Shown: piece by piece, positions 1 to 12,240 of the stretch
Layout of the letters: each line of letters begins with the position of its first letter
How positions within the stretch are numbered: position 1 is the first letter of the stretch
Source of the DNA: the human T2T-CHM13v2.0 reference genome, Homo sapiens
NCBI RefSeq assembly: GCF_009914755.1
Contig: NC_060932.1
Strand: one strand, 5' to 3'
DNA: 64,000 nucleotides
Position numbers and translations under genes: made by a program
The notes under the pieces: generated by a model
Databases searched by the model: none
Seen by the model: only the letters and a program-made list of their open reading frames with translations
What the model was told of the DNA's origin: nothing

Positions 1-645
1 TTGGGCATTTATCCCAGAGAAATAAAAGCTTATGTCCACATGCATACTTGGACACGATCATTTATAGCAGCTTTGTTTGCCATAGCCAGAAACTAGAAAC
101 AACAAAAATGACCTCCCATAAGTGAGTGGGTAAACAAGCTGTGGCCCATCCGTATCATGGATTACTACTCAGGAATCAAAAGGAACAAACCTTGGATACA
201 CACAGCAACTTGGATGGATCCCAATGGCATGCTGAGTAGAAATAAGCCAGCCTCAAAAGGTCCTATGAACTCATGAATATAGCATTCTCGAAATGACAAA
301 ATCATAGATGGGAAACAGATTAGTGTGGTTGCCAAGGGTGAGGAACGGTGGTGGGGCCAGGTTGTGTGACCGTAAAAGGTAGCCCAACGGACCGGCTCCA
401 TGTCTCCATGTCAGTGGTGGTTTCACAAATCTGCGTGGTATTCACACGCCACAAAGCTCAATACATCTTGCTCCAATGTCGAATCCCTGGTCTTGACAGA
501 GAAATGTGTATCTTTATTTTGCTGTAGGTATAATTGTGTAGAATGCAGCCACAGCAGGGAACTGGGTGAACGGTACATGGGACCTCTCTGGACTATATTT
601 GCCACTTCCTGCGAATCTGTAATGACTTCAGAATAAAATGTTTTT
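1..645 (+). mobile_element. Old L1M (L1MB/MC/ME-type) LINE 3' end
   Basis: L1 3' motifs such as 'ttgggcatttatcccagagaaataaaa', 'gcagctttgtttgccatagccagaaactagaaacaac' and 'acagattagtgtggttgccaaggg'; ends near 'aataaaatgttttt'. Subfamily uncertain. Confidence 0.8.
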
Positions 646-654
646 AAAAAGTTA

Positions 655-966
655 GGCTGGGTGCGGTGGCTCACCACACCTGTAATCTCAGCACTTTGGG
701 AGGCCAAGGCGGGCAGATCGCCTGAGGTCAGGAGTTGGAGACCAGCCTGGCCAACATGGCGAAACCCTGTCTCTACCAAAAATGCAAAAAATTAGCTGGG
801 CATGATGGCGGGAGCCTGTAATCGCAGCTACTTGTGAGGCTGAGGCAAGAGACTTGCTTGAACCCGGGAGGCGGAGGTTGCCATGAGCTGAGATAGCGCC
901 ACTACACTCCTATACTCCAGCCTGGGTGACAGAGTGGGACTCCGTCTCAAAAAAAAAAAAAAAAAA
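655..966 (+). mobile_element. AluS (Sx-like), full length
   Basis: Both arms, A-rich linker and poly(A); TSD 'aaaaagtta' on both sides. Confidence 0.97.
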
Positions 967-1324
967 GTTAATTCTAGAACAAATTAAAAGACACCGTACA
1001 AACAACTTATATCCAGCCCAATGGTGTGACTGTCCTCTTTCTCCTCCACCCCAACAAAGAAGGCTCTGGAGCCTATATTTTTGAGCCCTGTGGGGTCTTC
1101 ATTACTGCAGCCTGCCCAGAGGTGGGGAAAGAACCCTGTGCCTGACCCTGAAACTCAGGCTTCTCTTGCTTCTTGGTACTGCCCAGATCTGGCTGCCAGT
1201 TCCTGTCTGTGGAGGGAGGATGAAGATAATGGGGATCAAATGGGTTAATGGGTGTCAGTTCATTACTTTGCAAACAGAGAAACCCCGATACATGGCAGGT
1301 GGGATATTCTGAATGTCTATGCCT

Positions 1325-1440
1325 TTCCCCATTGAACTATGAGCTCCCAGAAGGCAGGGTCCATGTCATGCCGTACTGGAATCTCACGGGCAAGCCTAGG
1401 CCTCTGCAGGAAATTCAAGGACGGGTGCCTGGTAGTTAAG
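1325..1440 (+). mobile_element. L2 3' fragment
   Basis: 'actatgagctcccagaaggcagggtccatgtc...tgcctggtag' resembles the L2 3' consensus. Confidence 0.5.
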
Positions 1441-1753
1441 ACAAGAGTAGGGAAGTGGGCAATGCCACTCTTTTCTCAGGGCCTGCAGAGGCCCCCACAG
1501 CACAGAGGCGAGGCCCCCCAACTCTGCACCCAGGGCCCCTGAGAATGGCAGAGTCATGGGTGGGAAGCTGGTGACAGCCACAGCCTTTCTGAGAGCTGGG
1601 AAGGGCCAGCAGGACAGCTGGAGCCTTGCCGCTGAGAGCTTCCATAATTAGAAGCAAAATCAAAGAAAAGCCCAGTCCAGTGATGGCTTCAAACAGGATT
1701 ATTTTTAAGTCATCTAATGCCAGGGCTTGTCAGATGGGGACCATGATTAGATG

Positions 1754-1843
1754 GGTGTGTGTGTGTGTGTGTGCGTGGGTGCGTGCGTGTGTGTATAAGT
1801 GTGTGTGTGCATGTGTGTACACATGTGTGTGTGCATCTGTGTG
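1754..1843. repeat. (TG)n compound microsatellite
   Basis: Direct read of TG repeats with TGCG/TGCA interruptions. Confidence 0.95.
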
Positions 1844-3611
1844 CTTTTAATTTTCCTACAAAGATCACTTGCGTTTTCCCAGAGCCCAAGCATCTCACAA
1901 GACTCCAATGACGCTTCCCGTGAGTGCCACTGACGTGCAGTTTGAGCTCCACTGGGGCTTTTCCCTGGAGTCAGGGTGGCCCATGGGACTCCTTCAGTCA
2001 CAGGCTTACTGAGTGGGTTGGGGCCAGGACCATCCTCCCAAAGATTGTGGTCCAGGAAAGCCCAAGTTCCAGGGTTGCTCAGAAGAGCAAGGAGCAAGGA
2101 CATCCTTCTAGAGCCTTCCTGATAAGGAAGGCTCACCCCCAGGACACAGGATTTGAGCTGTGCTGCCTGGGAATGGGGACTCTCCAGGGATCAAGCTTGG
2201 GGGCAAGGTCCAATGCACCTAGTGTGTAGCAGAGAGAGCCTCTCGTTCCTCCTCTTTGATGTGGGCAAACCCGAGTGAACTCTGCCGGGTCATACTTCAT
2301 TAAATGTCTTCAGTCTATGACCTCTATCTCTCTACCCTCCCGGGCCGGGACCCCCTGCGGCCACCTTCCCCTGCCCTGGGTGGCTCAGGGTGCAGCCCAG
2401 CCTCACCTGCTGGCATCCTGGGCAGGTCTGGACAGCCACCCTCCACAGCACTGTGCTCTTTCTCTGACTCCTTCTTAGTGTCTCCACCCTGAGCCTCCAT
2501 CCCATTGCCTGAGCCTCCTGCACACAACCCTTGTGAATTGAACTTGGTTCCCTGCCAGCCCCTCCAACCACCTGGCCTTGTCTCCCAGACAGCAGCAGCT
2601 AGTGATCGGGCCAGCTGCTGTCCATCAAGGAAGCCAGGCCCAAAGAAAGAGCTAAAGCACATCGCCAGGGCCCCGTCCCAGCTCTGGAACTTGCTGGAAA
2701 TGAGAGAAGCCAAGGTGATATTGTCCAGCGAAGGCACCATGGATCCTCCAGGAGCGGGGGGCCCATGCGTTTCCACAGGCGTTGGGGGATGAACCCGGTG
2801 CATACTGAAGCTCGCACTGCATCCCTGCAGCAGAGGCTGTGCCCGCCCTGCGGCTGGGTCCTGAGCCTTCCTGGGGGGATGTCAGTGCCATCCTCTTGAA
2901 GGGAAACTGTGAGCAGGATGAGAGGCCGGAGAAGCAACTGACGGCTCCCTGCAGAGACCCATCAATTGTCCCAGTATGATTTCTTAATCATCTGGCAAGT
3001 AATTAGCCGGTATCCTCATTAGCACGCAGGAGATTTGTAAAAGTTTCGGGGAGGAGGCGGCTGCACTGAGCGAGTTTTAATTACAGACGAACCGACCGGG
3101 GACAGGCGCCTTGGCAGTTGTGCCGCCTGTTTACGTTTCACCAGTTCTTGGAAATGAAAAGCAAAACGCTTGTCACTCATCTTTGTGATCATCCCGAGAG
3201 ACAGAAAAGGACAAGGGGAACGAAAAGTGTGGGGTGGCCGGTGTTGCCCCTGGATGAGACCTTGAGCGGTAACGGGGTATGGATCTTGGGGGACGGGGTC
3301 TCAGTCCATCCGACTGCTCTAGCCATGTGCCACGGACTGGGTGGGATCCAAAAACCCGGCCTGCATTCCCACGGCTCTGCAGCCTGGACGCCCAAGACCA
3401 GGGCGGGTTCCGTGTCTGGGGAGGGCTGATGTTCCCGGTTCACAGACGGCGCCTTCAGGCTGTGTCCTCATATGAGGGGAGGGGGAGGGAAGCTCTGGCC
3501 TCCTCTAAGGACACTCAGCCCACTGACAAGGGCTCCGTCCCCAGGACCTCAGGCCCTTTCTCCTAACACCATCACACGGGGCTACAAGGTTTGCACGCTC
3601 ACTCCCGCAAC

Positions 3612-5043
3612 TGTGTGCTCGCATGCCTTTGTGTGTCTGTGTGAGTGTGTGGAGAGCATACATGTGACAGTGTGTCTATGTGTGAGTGTGTGGGAGAGTG
3701 TGTGGTGTGTGACAGAATGTGTGTGTGTGACTGTGTGAGTGTGTGTGTGGGAGAATGTGTGGTGTGATGTGTGTGTCAGTGTGTGAGAGTATGTTTTGTG
3801 TGTGCATGAGCATGTTGCTGTGTATGTGTAAGTGTGTGGGAGACAGTGTGTTTGTGTGTGCGTGTGAGACAGCGTGTCATAAATGTATGTGAGCATGTTG
3901 GTGTGTGTGAGTGTGTGGGAGACAGTGTGTTTTGTGTAAGTGTGTAGGAGATAGTGTGTGTGTGATTTGAACTTGGTGTGAGTGTGTGTGGGAGACTGTG
4001 TTGTGGGCATGTTGGTGTGTGTGTGTGTGGAAGACTGTGTTTTGAGCATGTTGGTGTGAGTGTGTGGGAGACAGTGTGTTGTGTGTGAGTGTGTGTGGGA
4101 GACAGTGTGTCGTGAATGTATGTGAGCATGTTGGTGTGCATTTGTGTAAGTATGTGTGAGACAGTGTGTTGTGTGTATGAGACAGTGTGGTGTGTGTGTG
4201 AGAGTGTGTTTTGTGTGAGTGTGTGTGGGAGACAGTGTATTGTGAATGTATGTGAGCATGGTGTGTGTTTGTGTGAGTATGTGTGAGACAGTGTGTTGTG
4301 TGTATGAGACAGTGTGGTGTGTGTGTGTGAGACTGTTTTGTGTGAGTGTGTGTGGCAGACAGTGTGCTGTGCATGTATGTGAGCATGTTGGTGTGTGTGA
4401 GTGTGTGGGAGACAGTGTGGTGTCTGTGAGTGTGTGTGGTGTGTGGGAGACAGTGTGTTGTGAGCATGTTGGTATCTATGATGGTTAATACTAAGTGTAA
4501 ACTTGATTGGATTGAAGGATGCGAAGTATTGTTGCTGGGTGTGTCTGTGAGGGTGTCGCCAAAGGAGTGGTTTGCCAGGGGCTCTGGGGCCTTCGGCCAC
4601 AGACTGAAGTGCACCGTCTCCTTCCCTGCTTTTGAGGTTCCCTTTATATACATCTATCCTATTAGTTCTGTCCCTCTAGAGAACCCTAACACAGTATGTG
4701 TACATGTGAATGCGTGTGTGAGAGAGTGTGTGGTGTGTACGTGTGAAGAATGTGTCAGCATGTGAGTGTCAGCATGGGTGAGTGAGTGTGTGTGGGGTGT
4801 TTCAGGATGAGAGAGTGCATGTGTGGCTATGTGTGTGACAGCATGTTTTGTGTGTGTGTGAGCATGTTGGTGTATGTGTATGTGTGAGTGTGTGGTGTGT
4901 GTGTCAGCAAGGGAGAGTGTGTGTGAGACTGTGTGTGTGAGAGCATGTTTTGTGTGTGTGGGTGAGCATGTTGATGTGTGTATCTCTGTGAGTGTGCAAT
5001 GTGTGAGTGCGAGTGTGTCAGCATGTGAGTGTATGGGTGTGTG
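3612..5043. repeat. Degenerate TG-rich tandem repeat (recurring 'gtgtgtgggagacagtgtg' and 'gtgagcatgttg' units), split by an MLT2A insertion
   Basis: Direct read; explains the His/Thr-rich and Val/Cys-rich ORFs at 3472-5134. Confidence 0.95.
4477..4693 (+). mobile_element. Internally deleted MLT2A (MLT2A2-like, HERV-L) solo LTR
   Basis: 5' 'tatgatggttaatactaagtgtaaacttgattggattgaaggatgc', middle 'ggtttgccaggggctct..ccttcggccacagactgaag', 3' 'catctatcctattagttctgtccctctagagaaccctaacaca'; 5-bp TSD gtatc/gtatg. Confidence 0.9.
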
Positions 5044-6227
5044 CCTGCTCGTGTCTCCTGATGTGCTCAGTGTAGAGAAGCAGCATCCCCTTCCATCTGT
5101 AGGGCAGCTGGGAAGGGCCTACAGTATGGCCTAGTTGTTCACGACGCATGTATAGTATGAAAGGCCACACATATCCTGCAGTTGAGGAACTGAAGTTTTT
5201 CTTGGCCTATCATTTCTCAAGCATCACTGTTAAACTTGATTTTTTTTGCAACAACAGAAATCCCACCAGGCTTGAGTGCCGGGAACAGCCCAGAAACCCC
5301 ACAGTTGTTATAAACCTGCTATGCGCCAGGCACTGCCCATCTAGCATTGTATCCACCCCTAGCCAAACCCTGAACGGGGTGGATGCTGACAATCAAACAG
5401 GTGGCGTGTGCAAAGTCACTCTGCCCACAGGCGGCAGACAGAATTCTCTTCCTGGGCCCTCAGATGGAAAGCTCCCCAACCAGCCACCACCTCTGCCAAC
5501 CGAGAAGCCAGTGCTGCACTCGGGGAGGCCCCTCGCTTTCCCCCGGCCTCCACCTGTGGTCCGAGGAGGAGGATTGAGTGCTCTCCACAGATCCAAAAGG
5601 GAACAGTCCCGAGGGTGGGTGACTGGGCTCCACACGCCCGCAATGGTAGGGCCGGGCCCTCCTTCCCAGGCTCCTGCATCCTCGGCCCAGCCTCCCCCTA
5701 CACCGTGCCAAGGCCCAGCCTTCCCCAAGGCCTGACACGGGCTCAGCCAGCCAGGAGCTGTCCCACACGGCAGCCACCAGCAAATGTGAGGCTTACCCTA
5801 AAATGAAAACTCATCCAAATCAGACGCAGTTGAGAATCCCACTCCTCAGACGCACTTGCCACAAGGCGAAGGCTCAGCAACCCCACAGGGCAGTGGCTGC
5901 CATGGCGCACCACACGGACGCAGAACACGGCGGCATCCAGAGTGTTCCGCAGGTCCGCTCTATCGCAGGCCGGGCACGCTTTGCTCAGAGGCCCACACTG
6001 CAGAAGTCCAGTCTCAGCAAACTGTCACCACCGCCCATCGCCACCCTGGGAGAGTGAAGGCCGTCGTAGGCAGGAGACAAACTGCTGGGTGAGCTGAGTG
6101 CCAGAGAACCTTGATGCGCAAACAAAGGCGCGGCTGGGTCTGGTCCGCCGGCCGGCGCTGCTGGGTTCCTGCTGTGGACTGAAGTCATTCCAAAGCGGGA
6201 AACAGACATGGTGGAAGCAGATTCTAA

Positions 6228-6607
<380 letters not shown>

Positions 6608-7370
6608 TGTCTCTTATACTTTTGAGGATGTTCCCCTGCACAACGAAGGAGGTAACCCAGACAGAGGCGGCCCTAGGAATGGGGGCAGTGAGCGGGAAGC
6701 GGGTCTCAGGACAGCACCCGCACAGTGGACGTCAGGGTGGGAGGCCCACCCAGGCACATCTGTGGGGAGTGATGGGAGGAGGCACTCAAAAGGGCCTTTA
6801 ATATATGAAATTTTTGAAAAAAATAATGGAAATGTGATCACGGTAATGATGACGAAAAAGACAGAAACTTGAGGTGGCAGGGCAGAGCTGTCCAAGGAGG
6901 AGGAAGCGTATTTCATGCGGTATTTGGTAAGTATTTCAACAGCACCACGGCGCGATCATTCCTCACAGATCTGCAAAGCTGAGAATCGACTTTCAGGGCC
7001 AGTGCCAGAGGCTTAACAGTGACTCCAGAACCAAATGCAGAGAACACCCTCCTTAGTCCCAACAGGAGTTAGCCATAGAAGGGAGGAGGCTGAGTATACA
7101 TATCTTTGTTTTATAAAGAGGGGAGTCAGCAGACACCCTCTGTCCTTGGTGGGAAAAGACACCAAAGGTAAGTGGGTGTGGTAAAGCTCCTGATTTGTTG
7201 GAGAATGAGGTGAGGAGGTGAGCTAAATTCTCACCTCTTGTTGTAGGAAGCCAATGGGTGATGCAGAGAACTGAAAGACAAAAATTGCCAATGGTGGTAT
7301 AGGAATTTTATTTGAAATAGAAAGGCAATTAGTAGAAGGTTCAATTGAAAGGGTTCAACAAGGTGGGGTA

Positions 7371-7614
7371 GGGGCTAGGAGCCAGCTAGAGGACAGCCGC
7401 TTGTATTATAAATCGAGCAGGGGCTAGGAGCTAGCTAGAGTATAGCTGCCTGTATTAGAACCCAAGCGGGGGCTAGGAGCCAGCTAGAGGACAGCCACTT
7501 GTATTATAAACCAAGCAGGGGCTAGGAGCTAGTTAGAAGACAGCAGCTTGTATTAGAAACCGAGCGGGGGCTAGGAGCCAGCTAGAGGACAGCCGCTTGT
7601 ATTAGAAACCAAGC
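7371..7614. repeat. 49-bp minisatellite, 5 copies
   Basis: 'ggggctaggag' recurs at 7371, 7420, 7469, 7518 and 7567. Confidence 0.95.
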
Positions 7615-8394
7615 TCTTCTCCTGTTACTATTTTACCAGTTAATGTGTCACACTTATTCAATTCTATCTCCTTGATAAAATGAAACAGTGATTCCTGCCA
7701 GGCAGGGAGGGGCAGGCAGCTATGAAGACAGGCCCTGCGGTGCCCCTGGAGCTGTTCTGGGAAGCAGCTGGTGTGACCACATGACTGCGTTTCCCTGGGG
7801 ACTCTCCACGTAAGCCTGCCTTCCTGGTGTTTAGCCATCACTCCCCACTTCCCTCCTATGTCTCAGTTTGAACAACAACATACAGGGTTGTTGTAAGTCG
7901 ACAGGGCGATGGCCACCTGCCCGCAGTGGAGGCTGCCTGCCTGGGCCGGGAGGGGCGTGTTCCCTGGACCCAGGGACTGGTGCAGAAAGTCAGGTCTCAC
8001 CAATCGGAGCGAGACATTCCCTAGGTCAAAGCCATGGGCCAATCTTGGGCTCATGACCTCATTTAGACCCGCAGGTCCTGGGGGAGGGCTTTGGGGGAGG
8101 TTCTTTCCTCTTAAGAAAGGCCTGTGGGAGCTGATGCTATGGCACTGGGGTGCCGGCCAGGAGCTGCAGAGCTACGCATGAATAAAAAGAGGCTGTGCTC
8201 AGGCGGCGGCGTGGCTGTGAACTGGCCATGGAGGAGGGGAGGAGCACTATCAGGGTGAGCCTTCGTGTGGGTGGCGGATGCTGGGTGGGCCGGCATTGGC
8301 AGAGCCTGACCTGGGGGAATGGGGGTTAAACAAACTGAGTTTGGGGTGCCCCAGCCTTCGCTGACGGAGATCAGTCAGCACAACTTAGGCTTAC

Positions 8395-8590
8395 AAAGTC
8401 CTTACTGTGCAGCAGACACGTTTAGAAGTGATTTACAAGCATTATCCTAATTAATTCACAGCAACCCTATACTCACAACCCCTGTAGTTTATGAGTAAAC
8501 CAAGGCACAGGGTGGTTAGTAGCTTAACCCAAGGTCACACAGCTAACGGGAGGTGACGTGTGAAGTCGAGCCAGGCAATTCGGTTCCACG
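8395..8590 (-). mobile_element. MIR SINE
   Basis: 'aaggcacagggtggttagtagcttaacccaaggtcacacagcta' is the reverse MIR core; 'cacagcaaccctat' lies upstream. Confidence 0.75.
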
Positions 8591-9175
8591 TTGCAGCCTG
8601 GGCAGCTCCTCTATGGTGGCTATTTGGTTCCACTGCCACCCTATCAGATCCCTCTGCGCGGCTCCACGCGGCTGTGGCCCTGGGAGGCTGACTGGGCTAC
8701 ACCGCCCTGCCCCTGGCTTCCGGGTGAGCTTGGCCAAGGGGCGTGGGGGCCGGGGAGGGGGTGAGATGGAGGTGTTGGCACTCCCTTCCCCTCTCTCTCA
8801 TCATGGGTGGGCCATGCCACTCTCCCAAAGACTCTCTGGCTCTTGCACATTCTGTTAACTTCCCTTCCCTGGTCTCCTCCAACCTGGGGTGATGCCGGCT
8901 TCCTGCTAGTGCCGATTCTGTTGGTTTTCCTTGTGAAGCCCACACACTTGTAAACAGGCCCTGCAGTGAAGCCCCTCGTGAATGCCATCTGCTTCCTGGT
9001 GGGGCCCTGCTTGGCAGCAGAGCTCAGGAGACATAAATCTGAGAGCCATCAGCCTAAATGTGCTCGTTAAAGCAGCAGGTGTGGAGGGGCCTTCCCAGAG
9101 AGAGGCTGTGGGATGGGGTGGGGAGGCTTCCCATCGAACCACGGCAGATGCCAACACTGGGAGGCCAGCGAGGAA

Positions 9176-9290
9176 TGGAAGCCAGTGCACGGGGCAGAGA
9201 AGGTTCCAGAAAGGTGGTAGAGGAGCCAGGACTGGAAGCCAGGGCAGGGGGCAGAGAAGGTTCCGGAAAGGTGGGAGGGGAGCTGGAGTG
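9176..9290. repeat. Two-copy ~58-bp tandem duplication
   Basis: 'tggaagccag...ggggcagagaaggttcc(a/g)gaaaggtgg' occurs twice in tandem. Confidence 0.8.
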
Positions 9291-9585
9291 GTCTCACAGA
9301 GGCCAAGGGACAGGGATGCTTTAGGGAAGAGGCAGTGTCTGGAACTTCACTGAGCCATGGGCCGAGGTCTTAGAGTCCCCCGGGGGCCTGCATTGCGGCT
9401 CCAGGGACACCAGCGGCAACCATCCCCAAGGAGAGTGGAGTGGAGGCTGTTGAGGGCTAGAAACAGACGGGAGTGGAAGGACAGGAAACGGCAAGGAGAG
9501 ATGGCTCTAGGGAATTTAACTGCAGAAGGGAGAGGCAGGAGTGTGCCTGGCAAGAAAGAGTGCTCTCACAGTGTGTCTGGGGTTC

Positions 9586-9841
9586 TGTGGCCCCTCCAGA
9601 CCCACCCTCCGCCTTCCACCTGCTCCGTGTGGCCCCTCCAGACCCATCCACTGCTTTCTTCCTGCTCCATGAGGTCCCTCCAGACCCACCCTCAGCCTTC
9701 CTCCTGCTCCATGAGGTCCTTCCAGACCCACCCTCAGCCTTCCTCCTGCTCCATGAGGTCCCTCCAGACCCACCCTCGGCCTTCCTCCTGCTCCATGTGG
9801 CCCCTCCAGACCCAACATTGGCCTTCCTCCTGCTGCATGTG
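9586..9841. repeat. 42-bp minisatellite, ~6 copies
   Basis: Unit ~'tgtggcccctccagacccaccctcagccttcctcctgctcca'; 14-aa periodicity in the overlapping ORFs. Confidence 0.95.
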
Positions 9842-10280
9842 GGGAATGGGCACTTATGGATTACACCTAAGGGCGCCCTGGCCTCCAGCTCAGCGTGGGG
9901 CACGATTAAGAGGGCACGGGACAGAGGGTGGGGTAGGAGGGAGTGGACCCTAGCTGTTGCTCCCCCAGCTCCTCCCCTCCAGCCCTGGGGGCTACCTCCT
10001 CCGTAGACTGAAGGCCACTGCGACTTCGGCCACTCCCGGGTCCAGTGCCTCCCTGAGGGTGGGTGTGGCTGGAGTAGCGTGGAGGAGGAGAGGGGAGGGC
10101 TGGGGACGGGATGAAGCCCAGGCGTCTGGAGGAAGGGCTTCTGTGGGAGGGAGAAGGGCCAAAGTGCGGGCAGATGGGAAATACTGGACATAGTGAGACG
10201 TTAGATTGTGAGATGCTGGGTTAGGGACTCTGCAGGCGGAAGCATCCGGGGAGATGACGAGGTAGGGGGCTTGGAATGGA

Positions 10281-10690
10281 GCCTGTAGGAGGGGGGACAC
10301 ATGCCCAGAGAGACGTACACAGCAGTGGAATTTCCCTGTGATGAGCATGGCTCGGTGCAGGGGCCTGCAGAAGGGGGACACACGCCCAGAGAGATGCATG
10401 AAGCAGCCAAATGTCCCTGTGATGAGCACAGCTCGGTGCAGGGGCCTGCAGAAGGGGGACACACACCCAGAGAGATGCATGAAGCAGCCAAATGTCCCTC
10501 TGATGAGCACAGCTCGGTGCAGGGGCCTGCAGAAGGGGGACACACACCCAGAGAGATGCACATAGCAGCCAAATGTCCCTCTGATGAGCACAGCTCGGTG
10601 CAGGGGCCTGCAGGACGGGGAACACATGCCCAGAGAGATGCATGAAGCAGCCAAATGTCCCTGTGATGAGCACAGCTCGGTGCAGGGCTG
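10281..10690. repeat. 81-bp minisatellite, ~5 copies
   Basis: 'aagggggaca' at 10371, 10452 and 10533; 27-aa periodicity in the ORFs. Confidence 0.95.
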
Positions 10691-12077
10691 CCTCAGGCCA
10701 GGGAGGTGGGGACATGGGAAACAGGCAGGACAGGAGGTCAAAGCAGAGAGCTGGGAGGCAGCAGCTCCAGGGACAGAAGCCCAGAAGGCAGGCCTGGGGC
10801 AGGAAGCCTCCAGTGTCTTCCACAGCCCAGTCAATGGCAGGTGGCCTGTGTGTGGCCGGGGCTGGGCCCAGAAGCAGCCCTGGGGCGGGTGCCACATGCC
10901 CATGTGACGCAGGCTACCCTGTCCCACACCAGCAGCTTTCTGCCCACAGGCAGGTGCTCAGTGGTGTCTGCCCCTATCAATGCCAACACTTGGTTCTCTA
11001 CAAAGGAGTTCTCCTGGAGGAGCCACACAAGCGGCCACTGCTCCTGCCTCGTCCCCAAGTTGCTCTGCAGGCTGTGGGGGAGGGGCCTTGGGGCAGAAGG
11101 AGGCTCAGGTGTGATGAAAAGTGGAAGGGAAGGGAGACGAGGTGGGATTGAAATGCATGGTGCCCAGGTTACCACCAGCCAGCGTGCCATCAACTGCCCT
11201 CAGCTCTTCCTGTGGGTGCCCTGGCCTCCTTGCTCACCCAGACCAGGCCAGCCCTCTCCCAGTTGTTCCAGACTCAGGTCCACCTGGGACACAGTCAGAG
11301 TTCCGATCTTGGTGGGGGGTTGAGCCTGTGGCTCTCAGCTCCCATGGCTCCTAGTCCTTGGGCAGGGCTCTCTCTGCCCCAAGCTGTGCCAGCCTCTGGC
11401 TGCACCCAGCACCGTCAGGGGTAGTGGCGTGGCTGTCTTTTTCTACTAGATCAGAACTCTACAAATTCGATGTGCTTGTTGCCACATAGGCAAGATCCCC
11501 AAGGCCTGGTGGTCTCCATGGGCCCCATTAAACACCTGAGGATTAAAGATTCCAAGAGGCCTGGATCCTCCCCACTCCATATTGCTGCCTGACAGGTAAG
11601 AGCCTCCATTCCAAGTCCCAGGAAAACAAGGTGGGCGGGGCAGCTGAGCCCTCTCGGACAGGAAGTCTGTCCCGCATATGCGAGTGGGCATGTCTCTAGC
11701 AATGGGCTGGTGGCCCTGAGGGCATCACGCTTTCCAGACCTTGCCAGCAAGGTGCCCATAGGGTGCATTCCTTCCAACCTGGAGCTTTTGAGGGAGGCCA
11801 TAACTTCCTGGTATGCCAGCTTCCTCCTCCTGTCCCTCTGCACCTCTGCGACACGGCTGACTTAGTAAGAATAGATTTCTCCCCTAAATTAACTCTGATT
11901 CTTTTTCCAATCTTTGGGAATTGATGCCACCTGAAAACTGCTGGTTTGAAAGCATGAGATGCGGGACTCGGACCTCCCGCGGTGGCTCCGCTGAGCCCTC
12001 TGCCATGGCTGAGAAGTCATCACACTTCTTTTCCCTTCTGTCTCTGAGGCCTGTGGCCTGAATTTGGTAAAATAGTC

Positions 12078-12240
12078 CATTCATTTGTTTACTTCACAGA
12101 GCCACAGGGCCCCCCAGGGGGTGATCTCAGCACTAGGAACCAGGGATGCAATGGTGAGTGGGCTGAAATCCCCTGACCAGGGATGCACGGCTCAGCGCAG
12201 AGGTAGACGGGAAGCCAGATGATCGCAGTGTGGGAAGGCC
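12078..12240 (-). mobile_element. L2 3' end fragment
   Basis: 'cattcatttgtttacttc...cagcactaggaaccagggatgcaatggtgag' resembles the reverse L2 terminus. Confidence 0.55.

Noticed and set aside
423-779. Alu-derived ORFs here and at 6495, 20686, 29650, 55195 and 62961
   Set aside because: Standard antisense-Alu translations.
3472-5134. Long His/Thr-rich and Val/Cys-rich ORFs (up to 274 aa)
   Set aside because: Translations of the TG/CA repeat.
7371-10690. Regularly spaced repeats as a CRISPR-like array
   Set aside because: Units are head-to-tail with no unique spacers, in a primate genome context.
9992-10927. 311-aa ORF and overlapping Cys/His-containing 27-aa repeats resembling zinc fingers
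   Set aside because: The unit is 81 bp rather than 84 bp, lacks C-x2-C-x12-H-x3-H spacing and TGEKP linkers, and is open in several frames on both strands; it is a VNTR artefact.
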